A stretch of DNA of 64,000 nt from Phallusia mammillata (GCA_965637545.1 OZ281501.1:11470001-11534000); one strand, 5' to 3'. Shown: positions 36,610-48,990, counted from the stretch's first letter. Notes: generated by a model not told the origin, from the letters alone. Numbers and translations: made by a program.

Positions 36610-38467
36610 AGTAATAAAGAATTAACTGTCGCGTCAAGCCCCAGAACCTTTCCTGTGCTTCAACACGAGTTTCATGCACTATTTATTGTATTTATTTTGC
36701 GTATCCCAAAAATCCATTTTGCATAAATCTATTCTTTACGTGTTTTTGCAAATCCGCGTGTAAATATACCATACGGCTTTTGGTCCTCCCATTTATATAA
36801 AAACAAGACTCTTATCCCTTCTATTACGTGTAACACTTTGTATAACAAGAAATTGTGCTACGCCTATCTCCACTTTGTGTAGTTGTTTTGCGCCTTTGGG
36901 CACTTCTCTGCGATTGAATGTGTTTTTTCTCCTGTTTGCACACGTAAAACAGCCTCGTTATGTACTGCCTCTGTGTTTCTTCCCATTAAAAAAATATCCC
37001 CGTATTTTCTTTAGAATTCTACCGCCTTTGTTTACATTCCTCTTTGCGTAAAAAAATCCCCTTGTATGATCTCTATTGTGTTTGTTTATTTTTCGCCCTA
37101 TTTACTATCTCTATATTTAAAATCTCGGTAAGCAGTTTTTTCCAAGGAATGCAGCCTGACTACCATGAATAAAAATGTACGCATTATGACGTCACATACC
37201 GTTGTAAACAAACTGGCGCCAGTTTGTGTTCTTGGTTTTAGGTAGGTAAGTTATATTGTGTACGCTCTCAAAAGGAGTTTGAGGTACTTATTAAACATTA
37301 AATGCGTATAAACACTCCCATATAAAAGATTCAATGTTAGGGTTGATTCTGATGAAGTTTTGCTCCTACTCGTGAACTTCACTGTCCTGTTTTTTTAATA
37401 TATGTACTCGAACTATTTTATTCAACATCGAATTTTTAACACAGTTGGGAGACCCAGCCATATTGCGACTTAAATGACTAACAAAACGGAACTGTTCTCC
37501 CTTTTTAAATGGAAACTTTTTCTGAGAAATGAAGACCACAAAGCTGTGCAAATGCCTTTTTATTTTTGGTATAAACTCCACCCAGAACCTACTACACCAT
37601 ACACAATGTTTTGATCATGCATTAATATCCTAACATAAAACACAGTTTACTGGCTAGTTTGAAGCAAACATGTTTGCGATTTTCTTAAAAAAGCATTTAA
37701 TCATACAATTGTAATTACAGAAGCCATATTTTTGTTTTAAACAAAAAAATCCATGTTTCACATTCTCTTTCACATTTCTGTTTTGTAACATTTTACTGTT
37801 TGTGCCAGTGCATTGCAAAAGGCTGTTTTATTCATAAATTAAACACACATAAAATATGAGTCCTTTAGTTATATGGAGTACAAGCCTGTGACTGTCATTA
37901 AAAAGGCAAATTAGGTAATCATATTGATTTTGAAATTGTATTGTAAATGAATCAATAAACAAACATCAGTTTTTCAAAAACTTCAGAAAGAAAATAAGGA
38001 ATATTTATTTTTATTACAATATTAAACTGAAAGTATACAATTTGATTGAAATAGGTACAGTAAAATTTGACCGTAGTGAGAAGGTTTTTACCAACAAAAA
38101 TACCAAAAACACATTTGCTGAAAGATGTGGCAGGTTTGTCAATTAGAACAAAAACCTCAAGTTATTGGTATATTTAGCTCCTGATGTTAATTAAACCTTA
38201 ACTGAGTCTTCCTCACAAAATGTAAAAATAACCCAATAGTACCAAGAAAAAAATCTGCACTCAGCATGCATAAAAACAGCTTCCATTATATAAACTATCT
38301 TCAAATGTCATTTGTGGTAAATATCATACAAGAAAAAAAAAAGTTTGTACTACTGTATTCGACAACCAAGTTCTAATTGGTTGGAGAAATGATTAATTTA
38401 TCAATGGGTAATAACCAACACCCAGACAATATGTAATCTTTATTCTGACTGCCTGTAGAATGTAGAC

Positions 38468-38628
38468 CAGTGGTTCTTAACCTTTTTTTTCTTTTTTTTG
38501 CACCCCCCTGGGTTTCTTAATTATATAGAATAGATCTAACCAACCTTAATGATTCAGCATCCCCGCACCCCCTAGGAACAGTTCTCACACCCCTTGGGGG
38601 TACGAGAACCCTTGGTTAAGAACCCCTG
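38468..38628. mobile_element. hAT-Charlie-type MITE (161 bp) nested in the 9-bp-TSD element
   Basis: TIR CAGTGGTTCTTAACC / GGTTAAGAACCCCTG (1 mismatch); 8-bp TSD ATGTAGAC (38460-38467, 38629-38636). Confidence 0.92.
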
Positions 38629-39617
38629 ATGTAGACATTGCTAAAGAAATACTAAACCTTTTCAACAAAAATAAAACTACCATGGCAACAGATTTACATA
38701 TTGTATGAGCAATAAATTTTGTACATTGGAAGAAAATTTAGTATAGCCATATACACTGCAAAAATACCTGCGCACAATTATCAGCCCGATAACACAGGCG
38801 TGCATGCTGGAGATTTTATGTGAGAGTGGGTTGCACAGAAAGAAAGTGTACTGCAAGTCTGCAACCAACAAAATCTGTATTAGAAAATAGAAAAAAAATG
38901 TTTTTAAGTATTTCTAGAAGTTGCACTTTTTTCAGTCATAAACACCATGCACTCACTGGATGACAATAGTAACTGACCAAATTTCTTGTTGATGCTATCA
39001 TCTTGTGTAAACACCACCTCATTGCAAGAAGCATCTTTTACTTGTTTATGAGATCTGTTTATAAATTCAGAATCAATATTGATGTAAAAACCTGAACTTT
39101 CTAAATTAGTAAAATTAGTAACTAAAAGTTAAGTTTTTATGAGGAACACAGTATGTACTATTTTGAGTGAGTATTCATTTTTTAAGGCAAGGGTCTTTGG
39201 TTAACTGGACATTTTTAATGAAGCAAAATCCTTTCAAAAATTAGGGTTTTTTTCTGTTAACTTGTGAAGTTTCTGTTATTTATGTCTGTTCTTAATCTGA
39301 CACAAAAAATATGTTTGTGTTCTGCCATCTGATACCTACCTCACACTTATTGGTTGATTTCTTGTCCCTGATTTCAACACCATTTTGTTGCTTTTGTAAT
39401 TGGCAGGCAAAATTGTTAAAGTTGAGCAATATGTTCCCAATGGTGATGGTCATGGCATGTCAGTCAGGAAAAAAGGTTTCGCCCATCAGAACCATATGCT
39501 TTCACCAGTGGCTGACTTGATGCTGTAGACTTAAAGGGCACATGACCTGTATTATACTATTTTAGTATACTATAAAATATTTTAAAATTTTAGTAAACTA
39601 TAGTACAGTGTAGCTGT

Positions 39618-40029
39618 GGGTGACACTAAAACGCTGAATGGGCGGGACGTCGCGGAAACCGCTCAATATCGGGTAAATTGCTGACGGTTAGTGCTATTAG
39701 GGTTAGGTTGAGGTTTTATAATAGTATATGAATCAAAAAATGTCCCTGCCTAAAACTTATTCAACTATTTCCTGACATTAGGCAAAAATGCTATGGCGGG
39801 ACGTCGCGGGAGATGGCGGGACGTTTCGGGCGCGGAATGTAGTGTTCGGCGGAATTTTTTTTAATGATTTTCTATTATAAAACCTTATCCCAACCTTAAT
39901 AGCTCCAACCGTCAGCAATTTAACCCGATATTTAGCGGTTTTCACGACGTCCCGCCATCTCCCGCGACGTCCCGCCCTCCATTCCGCCCATCCCGCCCGT
40001 CCCGCCCATTCAGCGTTTCAGTGTCACCC
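39618..40029. mobile_element. GGG-terminal MITE with 8-bp TSD (Merlin-like), 412 bp, nested in the 9-bp-TSD element
   Basis: 31-bp TIR GGGTGACACT(A/G)AAACGCTGAATGGGCGGGAC plus longer imperfect inverted arms; TSD GTAGCTGT (39610-39617, 40030-40037). Confidence 0.9.
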
Positions 40030-40789
40030 GTAGCTGTTCTTTATAGGCTACAGTCTTTCTAAAAAAACAAACAAAAATACATTGTGTGATATTAAACAGG
40101 TTGCAGACGATGTTCGCGACTTTGCGCAAAATAAATTACAATTCAAAATGTTATCCGTAAAGTTTTTTTAACAAAAATAGTTGGTGCAGACTGCAGACTA
40201 CATGTCACATTATAACAAGAAGCAACAAAACCGGTATCACCACGCGCCAAATTGAAACCAACTACCATGACGGAAACAATCACCTGGCTATAGTTACCGT
40301 AGTCAGGCTGCATTCCTTGGAAAAAAGTGATTACCTAAAATCTCATCGTATGTTTTCTATTGTCGTTGTTTACCTTTCGCTGTATCCACTATTTCTATCT
40401 TTAAAATTCCCCTCGTAAGTTTTCTATTGTCTTTGTTTACTTTACCAAAGAACACTATACACAGCAAAATCCATAGAAAACATTTAACGTCACGCATAAA
40501 TTTTCTTGTCAGCAAGGCAATTTAGAAATAAAAAATATTTAGTCGTTAAGCCAGGTTATTGAAAAAAACATCCAAAACCCTATCCTTTGCGTTGTTAAAA
40601 GCGTGCAAAGTCGCCCCATTTCACGCTCCATGAATTCTCGTGCGACAACTTGTGTTTGATAGATAGACTTTGATACACAGGAAGGCCAACTCATTGTTCT
40701 CGCCACGCATGAATGAGTCTTACCAAAGTTGTCAAGGACGAGCAAACAGTTTTACAGACGACAATACAAAATAACAACTTAACGATAAA

Positions 40790-43700
40790 ATGGGAGTTAC
40801 TCACTGTGCGGTGCCAGGATGCAGTTGGTCGGTTAAATACGCCAAGTTGAACAAAGTAAAATGTCCTACGTTTTTTACTGTACGTCGCCCAGAATTTGCA
40901 AAAACACAAGAAGATCGCGACCACCGGCAATGTCTCACCAACTTCATGCTTTCGATGAGGGACGCTCAATCCGGAGATATCTTTAAACATATGCTCCATA
41001 AAGAAACGTAAGTTTGTGTGTGACTTATTATAAATGTCGCCTTAAATACATTAGGCATTCAATTTTATTTCGCGTTTTGTAGAGCTGCTATTTGTGAGAA
41101 CCATTTTCATAAAGAAGATATAATAGTCACAGGTATGAGACGAGTATCATTGAAATGTGGGTCTAAGCCTTCTCTCAACCTGCCAAAGAAAGTTACACAG
41201 GGGCGGCTCGTGCGAGGGGGCTGCGGAGCTGCAGCACCCCCAGTATTTTTACTTGACATTCCTATTCCAAGTTGTTATACAAAACAATCTTTACATATAG
41301 TTTTTATGTTTGATCAGTGTATACTAAGAATAACTTTTATGGCATTAATCCTCATTTATTAAAATAAAATTAGTAAAAATTTTGTATTATTTAAAAAAAA
41401 ATTAAAAAAAAATCAAAATAATGATAAGTTATCTATGGCGGAGCTGCAGCTCCAGTTTCGTGACGTTTCATGACGTTTTCAGTTGTGCGCATGCGCACTT
41501 GGAAAAGCTACATGCCGGGCGTAATAGGCGAGAGGGGGCTGTGGCTCGCGCAGCCCCTCCCGTGACGTAGCGCTAGTTGTGTGGTCTGCTTCGCGTCAGT
41601 GAGCTCCAAAGCCAAACCCGTGTACTGTGTTTTTAAGTTCGACAGTGAGTGCAGTTAAATAATTATTTTGCTATCATTAAATTTATTGTTTGACTGTTAG
41701 TCGTGACTTTTTAAGATGACTGCAAGTGAGTTTCAGTTTTTACAGTTATCATTGAATTAAAAAAGTGTATCTAACACCTTGAAACAGAAAAAAGGTCATC
41801 TAACACCTTTAAAAGTCACAATTAAGCTTTATAATAAATAACTGAATTAAAAAGATTTGTGAAAGTATGGGACAAAACATCTGCTACTCCAATGTCATGC
41901 AGGAATAAGCAACAACAAGAAATACTCAGTTTTAGTTCCTATAATGCTACCAAAGAAAAATTAAATTTGTGACTGTGAAGTTAAATGCCTCACTGAAATT
42001 CAGGAAATATCAAATGCAGAACAAACAACTGCAAGCAACAGGAATTTTGAAATGAAGACAAAAAAAGAGTGAAGACAATTTAAAGTGTGGATTTCTTAAC
42101 ACACCATGTGGACAGTATTTGCAATCAAGTGCAATCATGTGTATTGATATAATGGACATGTACTGTTTGTCTAACCAGTAGCTGCTAAATTGCTTCACAG
42201 GAAGTGTTTCTTAAGAATGAACATTCTACAGACAAGATAGTAGTGACACCAAGCACATACTATTGTTGACAAAGAAAAGCTAGTTACTCAAATGAAAATG
42301 TTTCTGTAGATCTGATGTTTATGATTACTTTGAAAATAATTAATCTAGAGATGATGTTTTGACAAATTAAATTACTAGGATGAAAAATTCTTTTTTGCTC
42401 TTTCCATGATTTCTTCAAAGGCAAAACAGTTCTTTATAACACTGAAAAAGATGCCAATTTTTCTGAGGAACACCAATATTTCCAAAAGACTTGCACTTGC
42501 AGTGCTAGCTCTAAATAGAAAAAAGTTTCTTAATTGTCATTTGGAAATCAAGGAAAAAGCTATCAATTATCATGCCCAAACTATAACTTCATAATTCATT
42601 TTGGTTGGAAAAAGGAAGCACAAGATTTAAAAATATGGTTTAAATTTAAGTGAGAGTGTTGTAAATTTTAAAGCTTGAAGGCGTTTTGCACTTTTTATAA
42701 TAAGTGTTTTATAAGCTATTTGCCAGCAAGCAGCAATTATAGCAGTTAAGAAACTAAAATACAATTAATAGTCTGTACACAAAAATTCAAGAAAGATGTT
42801 TAAATGAACAAGTTCTGAAACCAATGTAATGTGGTTGTTAAATTTGTTAGTTATGATACCAATAAAAAGCTGTATGGCTAGTTTTTTTGTGTGACAATAA
42901 TCTGTGAAGTGTCATAGAATATGTTGAAAACGCTGACTGTGACTAAATTTACTTAAATGAAACATGACAATTTTTGTTGTCGAACTTCGACCTTTTTCGA
43001 CTCATTTATATCTATTTTTTCTATATTCCTGTTGTGTTTTACCGTATTTACAACCGCTTCGTTTCGAAGCTGTGCCACGTGTGTTTTTGTTTTTCACATT
43101 ATTACTGAACGTTATTGTGTTTGGCCCGTCGCTGTGCAAGTAAACAAAATACACAAATGATGCCGTCTGCTGTTTACAGTCGTGTACATTATTGCGTAAC
43201 AAAAATTACGTCACAATGGAGTTGCTAGTTAAGATTTGTATTACTTGTTTTTCTACACAAAACAAATGGCTAGAAAACTAGAAACGTAGCTTTTCAATAT
43301 ATTGCCAACTTATATATGTTCAGTAAAGGCTAAAATTTGTGGGGGCAGCACCCCCACAAATTTTAGGCACGAGCCGCCACTGAAGTTACACCTGGTGTAA
43401 AGGCAAGGAAAGCTCCAACAAAATTAGCACCTGCAAAGAAAATTTACCATGCAACCATTACCCAAATTATGCAGTCTGCTACAAAACTTGGAAATGCAAT
43501 GAAAGGTTACAAATGTTGTAATTCCCACTTTCTGGTGTATTTATTGATTCTAATACATGCAGATAATTGGATATTTTATCAGCAAAAAAATAGCTGTGTG
43601 TGTGAAATGAAGGAAGAAAATTACTTGGTTCCAAAATTAAGGTAATTATTAGTAATATAGTTTTCTGCAACTGAAATTTAAACCCATTGGAACTATTATT

Positions 43701-46638
43701 ATTCACGTTTTAGAGTGGTTATAGATGAAACCGTAAAGGTTTCTAGAATATCTTTGTATGGCTGGGATTACATTAATGGCAGTGGAGACAATATAGAAGA
43801 TCCAAAGTTTTCAACTTTACACTGCTTTTTAAGTGAGCAAATATTGTTAGTCTACTTTGTATAACTAAAAGACATGCAACTGGGCTCGAATTTTCAGAAA
43901 GTGTGGAAGCTTTGTCTTTGTGCAGAGGAGTAAGTCCAATTGATGACCAAATTTTAAATACCCATCCAACATTAAAATGGAATGGGACAAATATAATATC
44001 AGAGCACATTTACAGGACCAACAAGTGCAGAATAGTTGGTAAATATACAGTGTACTTAACAACGAGTTTACATGGCATTTAACAATTCCATATTGTTATG
44101 TCAGCAAGTGGTGGAGATGTAGTCTGTGCAGACTGTAAAAAGTACAACCAACAGGCAGGTGAGGACATGACACCAAATGACGAGGTAATTTGTAGAACAT
44201 AGCTGCAGTGCATTCAGCCATTATCCACCAGTTGTGCCACCCACTGTTTTGCACTATATAATGTTCATAGGTTGGACAGCAATTACTGGTTTGATGATCA
44301 TTTTACTACAATTCTGTGGCAGTTTTTTCACCAAGTTAAATAAACTCAACTTGATGAAATTGTTTTGTATTCTGCATGTGTTGCTTAAAATCCATGTGAA
44401 GTTCTTCAAATATTGTTGTTCAATACACATAAAATACAAATTATTGCAATGTTGAATATTGAAAATTTTGCAGCTTGAAAATGAGTCGAGATCTTTAAAT
44501 GAGTGGCAACAGTTGTTTTTGAAGCAACAAATCCGAAATTCTTATGTGCCTCCCAATGCTAGGAGATATCACCCTGATATGATAAGATGGTGCATTGAAT
44601 TGCATTGCCGTTCTCCTGCGGCCTATGAACATATAAAAAATAGCAATGTTTTGGTTTTACCTTCATCAGCTACAATAAAAAGTTACAGGTAAAAGTTAAT
44701 ACAAGACAGAATAACAAAATATGGATAGTAACATATTTGTATTTTCTCTTATCTTTAGAAATCAGATTTCCCATCAGCCAGGTTTAAATACACAAGCTAT
44801 TAAACAAGTAAAGAATGTTATGCAGCAATATAAAACCCTTCCAGGATACATAACAATGGATGAAATGAAAAGTAAGTGCAAAATTTTGTTCAATTGTGTC
44901 TGATGCCATTACTAATCAAATATGTTTGAAAAGTACGTGAAAACTTGGTGGTGCATGAAGGCAAGTTGATAGGATTTGTTGATTGGGGTGAACCAGATGC
45001 AACCAAATTAGCCTCACATATTCTTGGTAAGTTTAAATATTTGTAATTTAAATGTGTATGTCATAAACATAATATTGGACTTAACAAGTCTTTTTTTTGG
45101 TTAGTGTTTTATGTCCGAACTGTGAAAAGAGAAATTTCTTTGCCAATCGCTTGGTTTCCCACCCATGCCACACCAGCAAATGAATTGGCACTTATGTTTT
45201 GGCAAGTGCTGTTTGAATTGGAAAAGATCGGTATTGAAATTCATGCACTTGTGGCGGATGGAAATTCCACCAACCGAAAATGTTTTCTCTTGCTGAGTGG
45301 CCTAAAAAGTGTTCCACTGGACAAACCATTTGTTGCACCAAACCCATTTTCACAAAGTCGACAAATATTTATGTGTTCAGACCCCTCACATTTACTAAAA
45401 GTAAGTTGCTATTTGGTTTGTAGTAAAGATAAAAAAAACTAACATAACTTTTTTTGTTTTCAGACTGCACGGAATTCATTATTTTCATCAAAGCCTGGTG
45501 GTGCTCGCTACATGAACATGGGCACAGGGGAAGGTGACATTCTGTGGACTCATATTGTAACGTTATATGAGGAGGAACAAAAAAGCTCCATATTAAGCAG
45601 AACACGATTGACCAGAGCACACGTCAAATTAAATCCCTTCAGTAAAGTACAGTGTACTTTTAAACATTGTGTTGCATTTAAACAAATCTAACATATGTCA
45701 AGAATAGATGTACATGTACATTATGTACATATAAATGTAATGTAACCTAAGAGTTTATAAACGTGAATACTCTTACCAATTTATGGGCTCTGGTTGATTT
45801 TTAAACTTTCTACAGATGAAAGTGGGTCTTGCAAGGGAAATGCTAAGCTGGAAAGTGCTTGGAGACCATTAAGGGAGCATCAGGCACTTCACAGTTTGTT
45901 CTTCTTTTTGCAGAGTATGTTTCAGATGTTCACTCTTCTGAAGCAAAAGAAGATCATGTATAATTCATCTTTATGTTTCTTTTGCTTAGATGGTTTGACA
46001 TAATGAATTGCACCATCAAGTGTCCAATTCAATCTGTTGATGATCCAAGACTTGTCTTTCTGCAAACGTTTGTTAAAAAACTTATGACATGGAAGGTATG
46101 ATATTTACATACAGTGTTGCAGTCATTGAATGTTCACTTTTCAGAATTTGTTTCTGGTTCATTTTTTTAGAATCGTGTGGAACAAAACCACAAAGGAGAG
46201 GACAAGCGATTGCTTGCTGCACCAACCCTGGTGGGGTTGGTGTTCACAACAAATAATTTTATAGAATTATGTAGGCAACTTTTGCATAGACATGACATAT
46301 CATATGTCTGTCTACATACTTTCACCCAGGACAACTTGGAAGCATTTTTTGGCAACCTGGTATGTGCCCAGTCTAAATTTATGCACGACTTTCACTTCCC
46401 AAACCTGTACAAGCACTATATTATTATTAATGAAATGTTTTTATTATTATAGCGACAGCTTGGACGAAGGTCACAAAACCCAGATATCTTTCAGGCATCA
46501 TTTGGAATACAGCACATCACACAAAGAAAAATAATTAAACACGTAAAAGGTGGGAACACAACTTTTGGCAAAAAGAATGCATGGACCACAGTGTCAGAAG
46601 AGCCAATTGAAAAAAAGAAGCGTGCATCTTTCTTGTAA
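40790..46638 (+). pseudogene. Multi-exon P-element/THAP9-like transposase, disrupted by a hAT insertion and frameshifts
   Basis: THAP exons 40790-41007 and 41083 onward (CAVPGC...ICENHF...KPSLNLP); HTH exon 44474-44688 (RRYHPDMIRW..SPAAY..LPS); catalytic MDEMK (44759-44871), VADG and DPSHLLK (45105-45400), QDNLEAFFG (46171-46359); last exon 46453-46638. Frameshifts near 43850 and within 45816-45914. Confidence 0.9.
41198..43382 (+). mobile_element. Deleted hAT element (2185 bp) inserted in the THAP exon of the P transposase
   Basis: TIR CAG(G/T)GGCGGCTCGTGC; 8-bp TSD AAGTTACA (41190-41197, 43383-43390). Remnant ORF 42406-42594 (FFITLKKMPIFLRNT...RLALAVL) resembles the hAT C-terminal dimerisation region. 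Confidence 0.92.
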
Positions 46639-46850
46639 CTAAAAAAATCGTTAATACATTACAACAAGTTAAGAAATGGTACCATAGCACTGTCTGATGT
46701 GTGTGTGTGAAAATATTGCTATGTTGCTACATGTTCATAGCAGAAGAGTAGAAATACAAATAAAATACAATAAAAAACAACAACAGGAACCTGCAAAACA
46801 GAAACATCAACAAAATCAAATTACATAAATAACACATTATACATGTATGT

Positions 46851-47741
46851 TTATTTCCTTTTTAAATCACCTCTGAGACCCTTAGATCGATCATTTGATC
46901 CAACATATAGTTTTTCAAACAACTTTTTTGCGAATGCATGCAACAAAACTCTAACAAAAAGTTTCACAATATATTGCAACATACAACAGACACTTGCAGG
47001 TTCCTCATCAGACATGTCCTGAATTAAACTTTGAAAATTCATAAATTTTACATCACATATTATTTCCTCTGTAGCACTGTTAAAGTTAATGGCAGTTGGC
47101 TTTCCATTAGTCTGTCTTGTTATTTTTAAGTAAACATGTTGTAAAAAGAGAAGAAGTTCATCCGAAGGATATTTCAAACAGCCAGTAAATGTTTCCATTG
47201 TTTTGATTAGACTGCCATGTGGTTCTGACGCACAAATACACCCTATGGCTTCAGACAAGGCTGGGAATTTTGCCAATGTTTTCCGAATTAAAAACCCTCC
47301 AATATATTCAATGGTGTCGTTTTCAAATGCCTTTATTTGTCCATATGCGCACATTGTGACTGGTTCTTTGGTTTGATGAACAATTTTTGTGATGATATTT
47401 AAAAGACATTCTGCCGCAGAACCGTTGCTAAGATCAACATCAGAAAAATACTGTTTGGCGTTGAGGCACATTAAAGGAAACTTGCTTACAATTTCATCCT
47501 TGTTGTTGGTTTGTGCAAATGTTTTAAGCAAACTACCCACCAACTCCAAACCTGCGTTCGACAACTTCAATTTTAGATTCATTTCTGCAATGAATTGAGC
47601 TGGAAATGTAGATGTCTCAGTGCTCGATACACTTTGCTGTACAGAAAAGCCGGCGTCAGCTAGAACATCAATTTCACTGTCCATATTTTCGAACAATAGG
47701 TCCCTTATAACTTCCTCGGGTAAATTTAAGATTTCTTCCAT
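46851..47741 (-). CDS. Intronless 296-aa antisense ORF of the P element, resembling the P/THAP9 transposase C-terminal domain
   Basis: Intact ATG-to-stop ORF starting ~150 bp inside the right TIR. Motifs EYIGGFLIRK, GSLI...GCLKYPS, IVKLFVRVLLH and a basic terminus. The homology call is from recalled family patterns. Confidence 0.8.
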   Translation of the reverse strand: MEEILNLPEEVIRDLLFENMDSEIDVLADAGFSVQQSVSSTETSTFPAQFIAEMNLKLKLSNAGLELVGSLLKTFAQTNNKDEIVSKFPLMCLNAKQYFSDVDLSNGSAAECLLNIITKIVHQTKEPVTMCAYGQIKAFENDTIEYIGGFLIRKTLAKFPALSEAIGCICASEPHGSLIKTMETFTGCLKYPSDELLLFLQHVYLKITRQTNGKPTAINFNSATEEIICDVKFMNFQSLIQDMSDEEPASVCCMLQYIVKLFVRVLLHAFAKKLFEKLYVGSNDRSKGLRGDLKRK

Positions 47742-48080
47742 TCTTATCGATGTCTATGACCCAAATGTTTATCAAAAAGTGTAGTCTTTGCTACCTACTC
47801 CAGCCATTTTCCCGCTTTCTATCCAGCCTTGGTCAAGCGTGACGAATTGAAACGTCACAATGAGTTAGCCTTCCTCTGTATAGTGTTCTTTGACTTTACG
47901 CCGTAGCCACTATTTCTATCCTTAAATTTCCCCTCGTATGTTTTCTATTGTCTTTGTTTACTTTACGCCGCTACTACTATTTCTAACTTTAAAATTCCCT
48001 TTTTCTTTATTTTTATATCGTCTTTGTTTACTTCTTTGCTGTGTGTACGACTTCCATGTATCTGACCTTTCCTCGTATCC

Positions 48081-48081
48081 T

Positions 48082-48112
<31 letters not shown>

Positions 48113-48126
48113 TTATTATTATTATT
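48081..48126. repeat. (TTTA)8-(TTA)n microsatellite in the LINE 3' UTR
   Basis: Read directly from the sequence. Confidence 0.95.
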
Positions 48127-48990
48127 TTTTTCCTTTATTCCCCTCAAGTTACACTACGCGCGCACACTATTCTAATTTATACCCTTCTTAATCTATACAG
48201 AAAGATACGTTAAACAACCACCTATTGTACCCACCCACACTTGTAAACTATTAATTCTCTGTCTCTCCCTTTTTTTTTTTGACGTATTTTGTTCTTGTAT
48301 CGTGTTTCTTTTTTCGTAGCGAGTTAAGCGCTCGAATAAAAAAAATAAAAATAAAAAAACAGTTAAAGTTTACGAACACTGGTCTGTTTTTTGTTTTCTC
48401 AGAAAAAGTATTTGTGAGCGAATTGGTTGTTTGAAGCAGTTTTTTTGCTTTGTTTTCGCTTGATATTTATTGAAAACGGACATATTTAAGATCAAGCTAT
48501 GGTTGGCAATGAAACATATTCCTTTGCGGTAATATGATGTTTTGACGCCAAAGGTCATGTTTTAAATTGAAGATCAGTTGGACAGGAAACCGGCTTGTAA
48601 CCACAGGCAAAATCTTTGTCTCCGGTTGAACATAAGTTTTTTAAGAACCTTTCGTTCAAAGCTGTTAGGTTTACATCATGGACAAACTATTTAGTTGAGA
48701 GTTTATCATAGTGTCAGTTATGCCGCTCGTTGTATTGACAGCCACGTAGCGAGATGCCGTGGTCGTGTGTTTGTTATGATAGTTTCGCAACTACAAACCA
48801 AGCAGGCAAAATTGTAAAGCCCTTAGGATAAAGAACAAACGCATGTGCTGTGCTGTGCTGTTGGACTTGGACGAGCATCGGAAGTTTTGTTATCCTGCAA
48901 CATATTTTGAAAACCATCGTAGCCGCTCATTTATGTGTTTGTATGTTTAGTGTGCTATGTACTCTAGCTTGCTAGGTTGTCTTTCTATCT

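Larger units (their letters stand above)
37127..40335. mobile_element. DNA transposon with 9-bp TSD and 37-bp GG-terminal TIRs (MULE- or Merlin-like; superfamily unresolved), internally decayed
   Basis: TIR GGTAA(G/T)CA(G/C)TTTTTTCCAAGGAATGCAGCCTGACTAC at both ends; perfect TSD TAAAATCTC (37118-37126, 40336-40344). Only fragmentary coding-like sequence inside. Confidence 0.88.
40446..47892 (+). mobile_element. P-superfamily (THAP) DNA transposon, 7447 bp
   Basis: Perfect 16-bp TIR CAAAGAACACTATACA (40446-40461, 47877-47892). 7-bp TSD ACTTTAC (40439-40445, 47893-47899); the reconstructed empty site matches the neighbouring 67-bp unit. Encodes a THAP/P transposase and an antisense ORF. Confidence 0.93.
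37067..48000 (+). repeat. About four diverged 67-bp tandem units in the LINE 3' UTR, now split by two DNA transposons
   Basis: Unit TATGTTTTCTATTGTCTTTGTTTACTTTACGCCG...CCCCTCG at ~37067-37126 + 40345-40348, 40349-40415, 40416-40445 + 47900-47936, and 47937-48000. Confidence 0.8.
31465..48356 (+). mobile_element. L1/Tx1-type non-LTR retrotransposon (LINE), 3' UTR expanded by nested insertions
   Basis: 11-bp TSD AAACAGTTAAA (31454-31464, 48357-48367); A-rich tail from 48335; ORF1 and ORF2. The 3' UTR is continuous after removing the 37127-40335 and 40446-47892 inserts with one TSD copy each. Confidence 0.88.
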
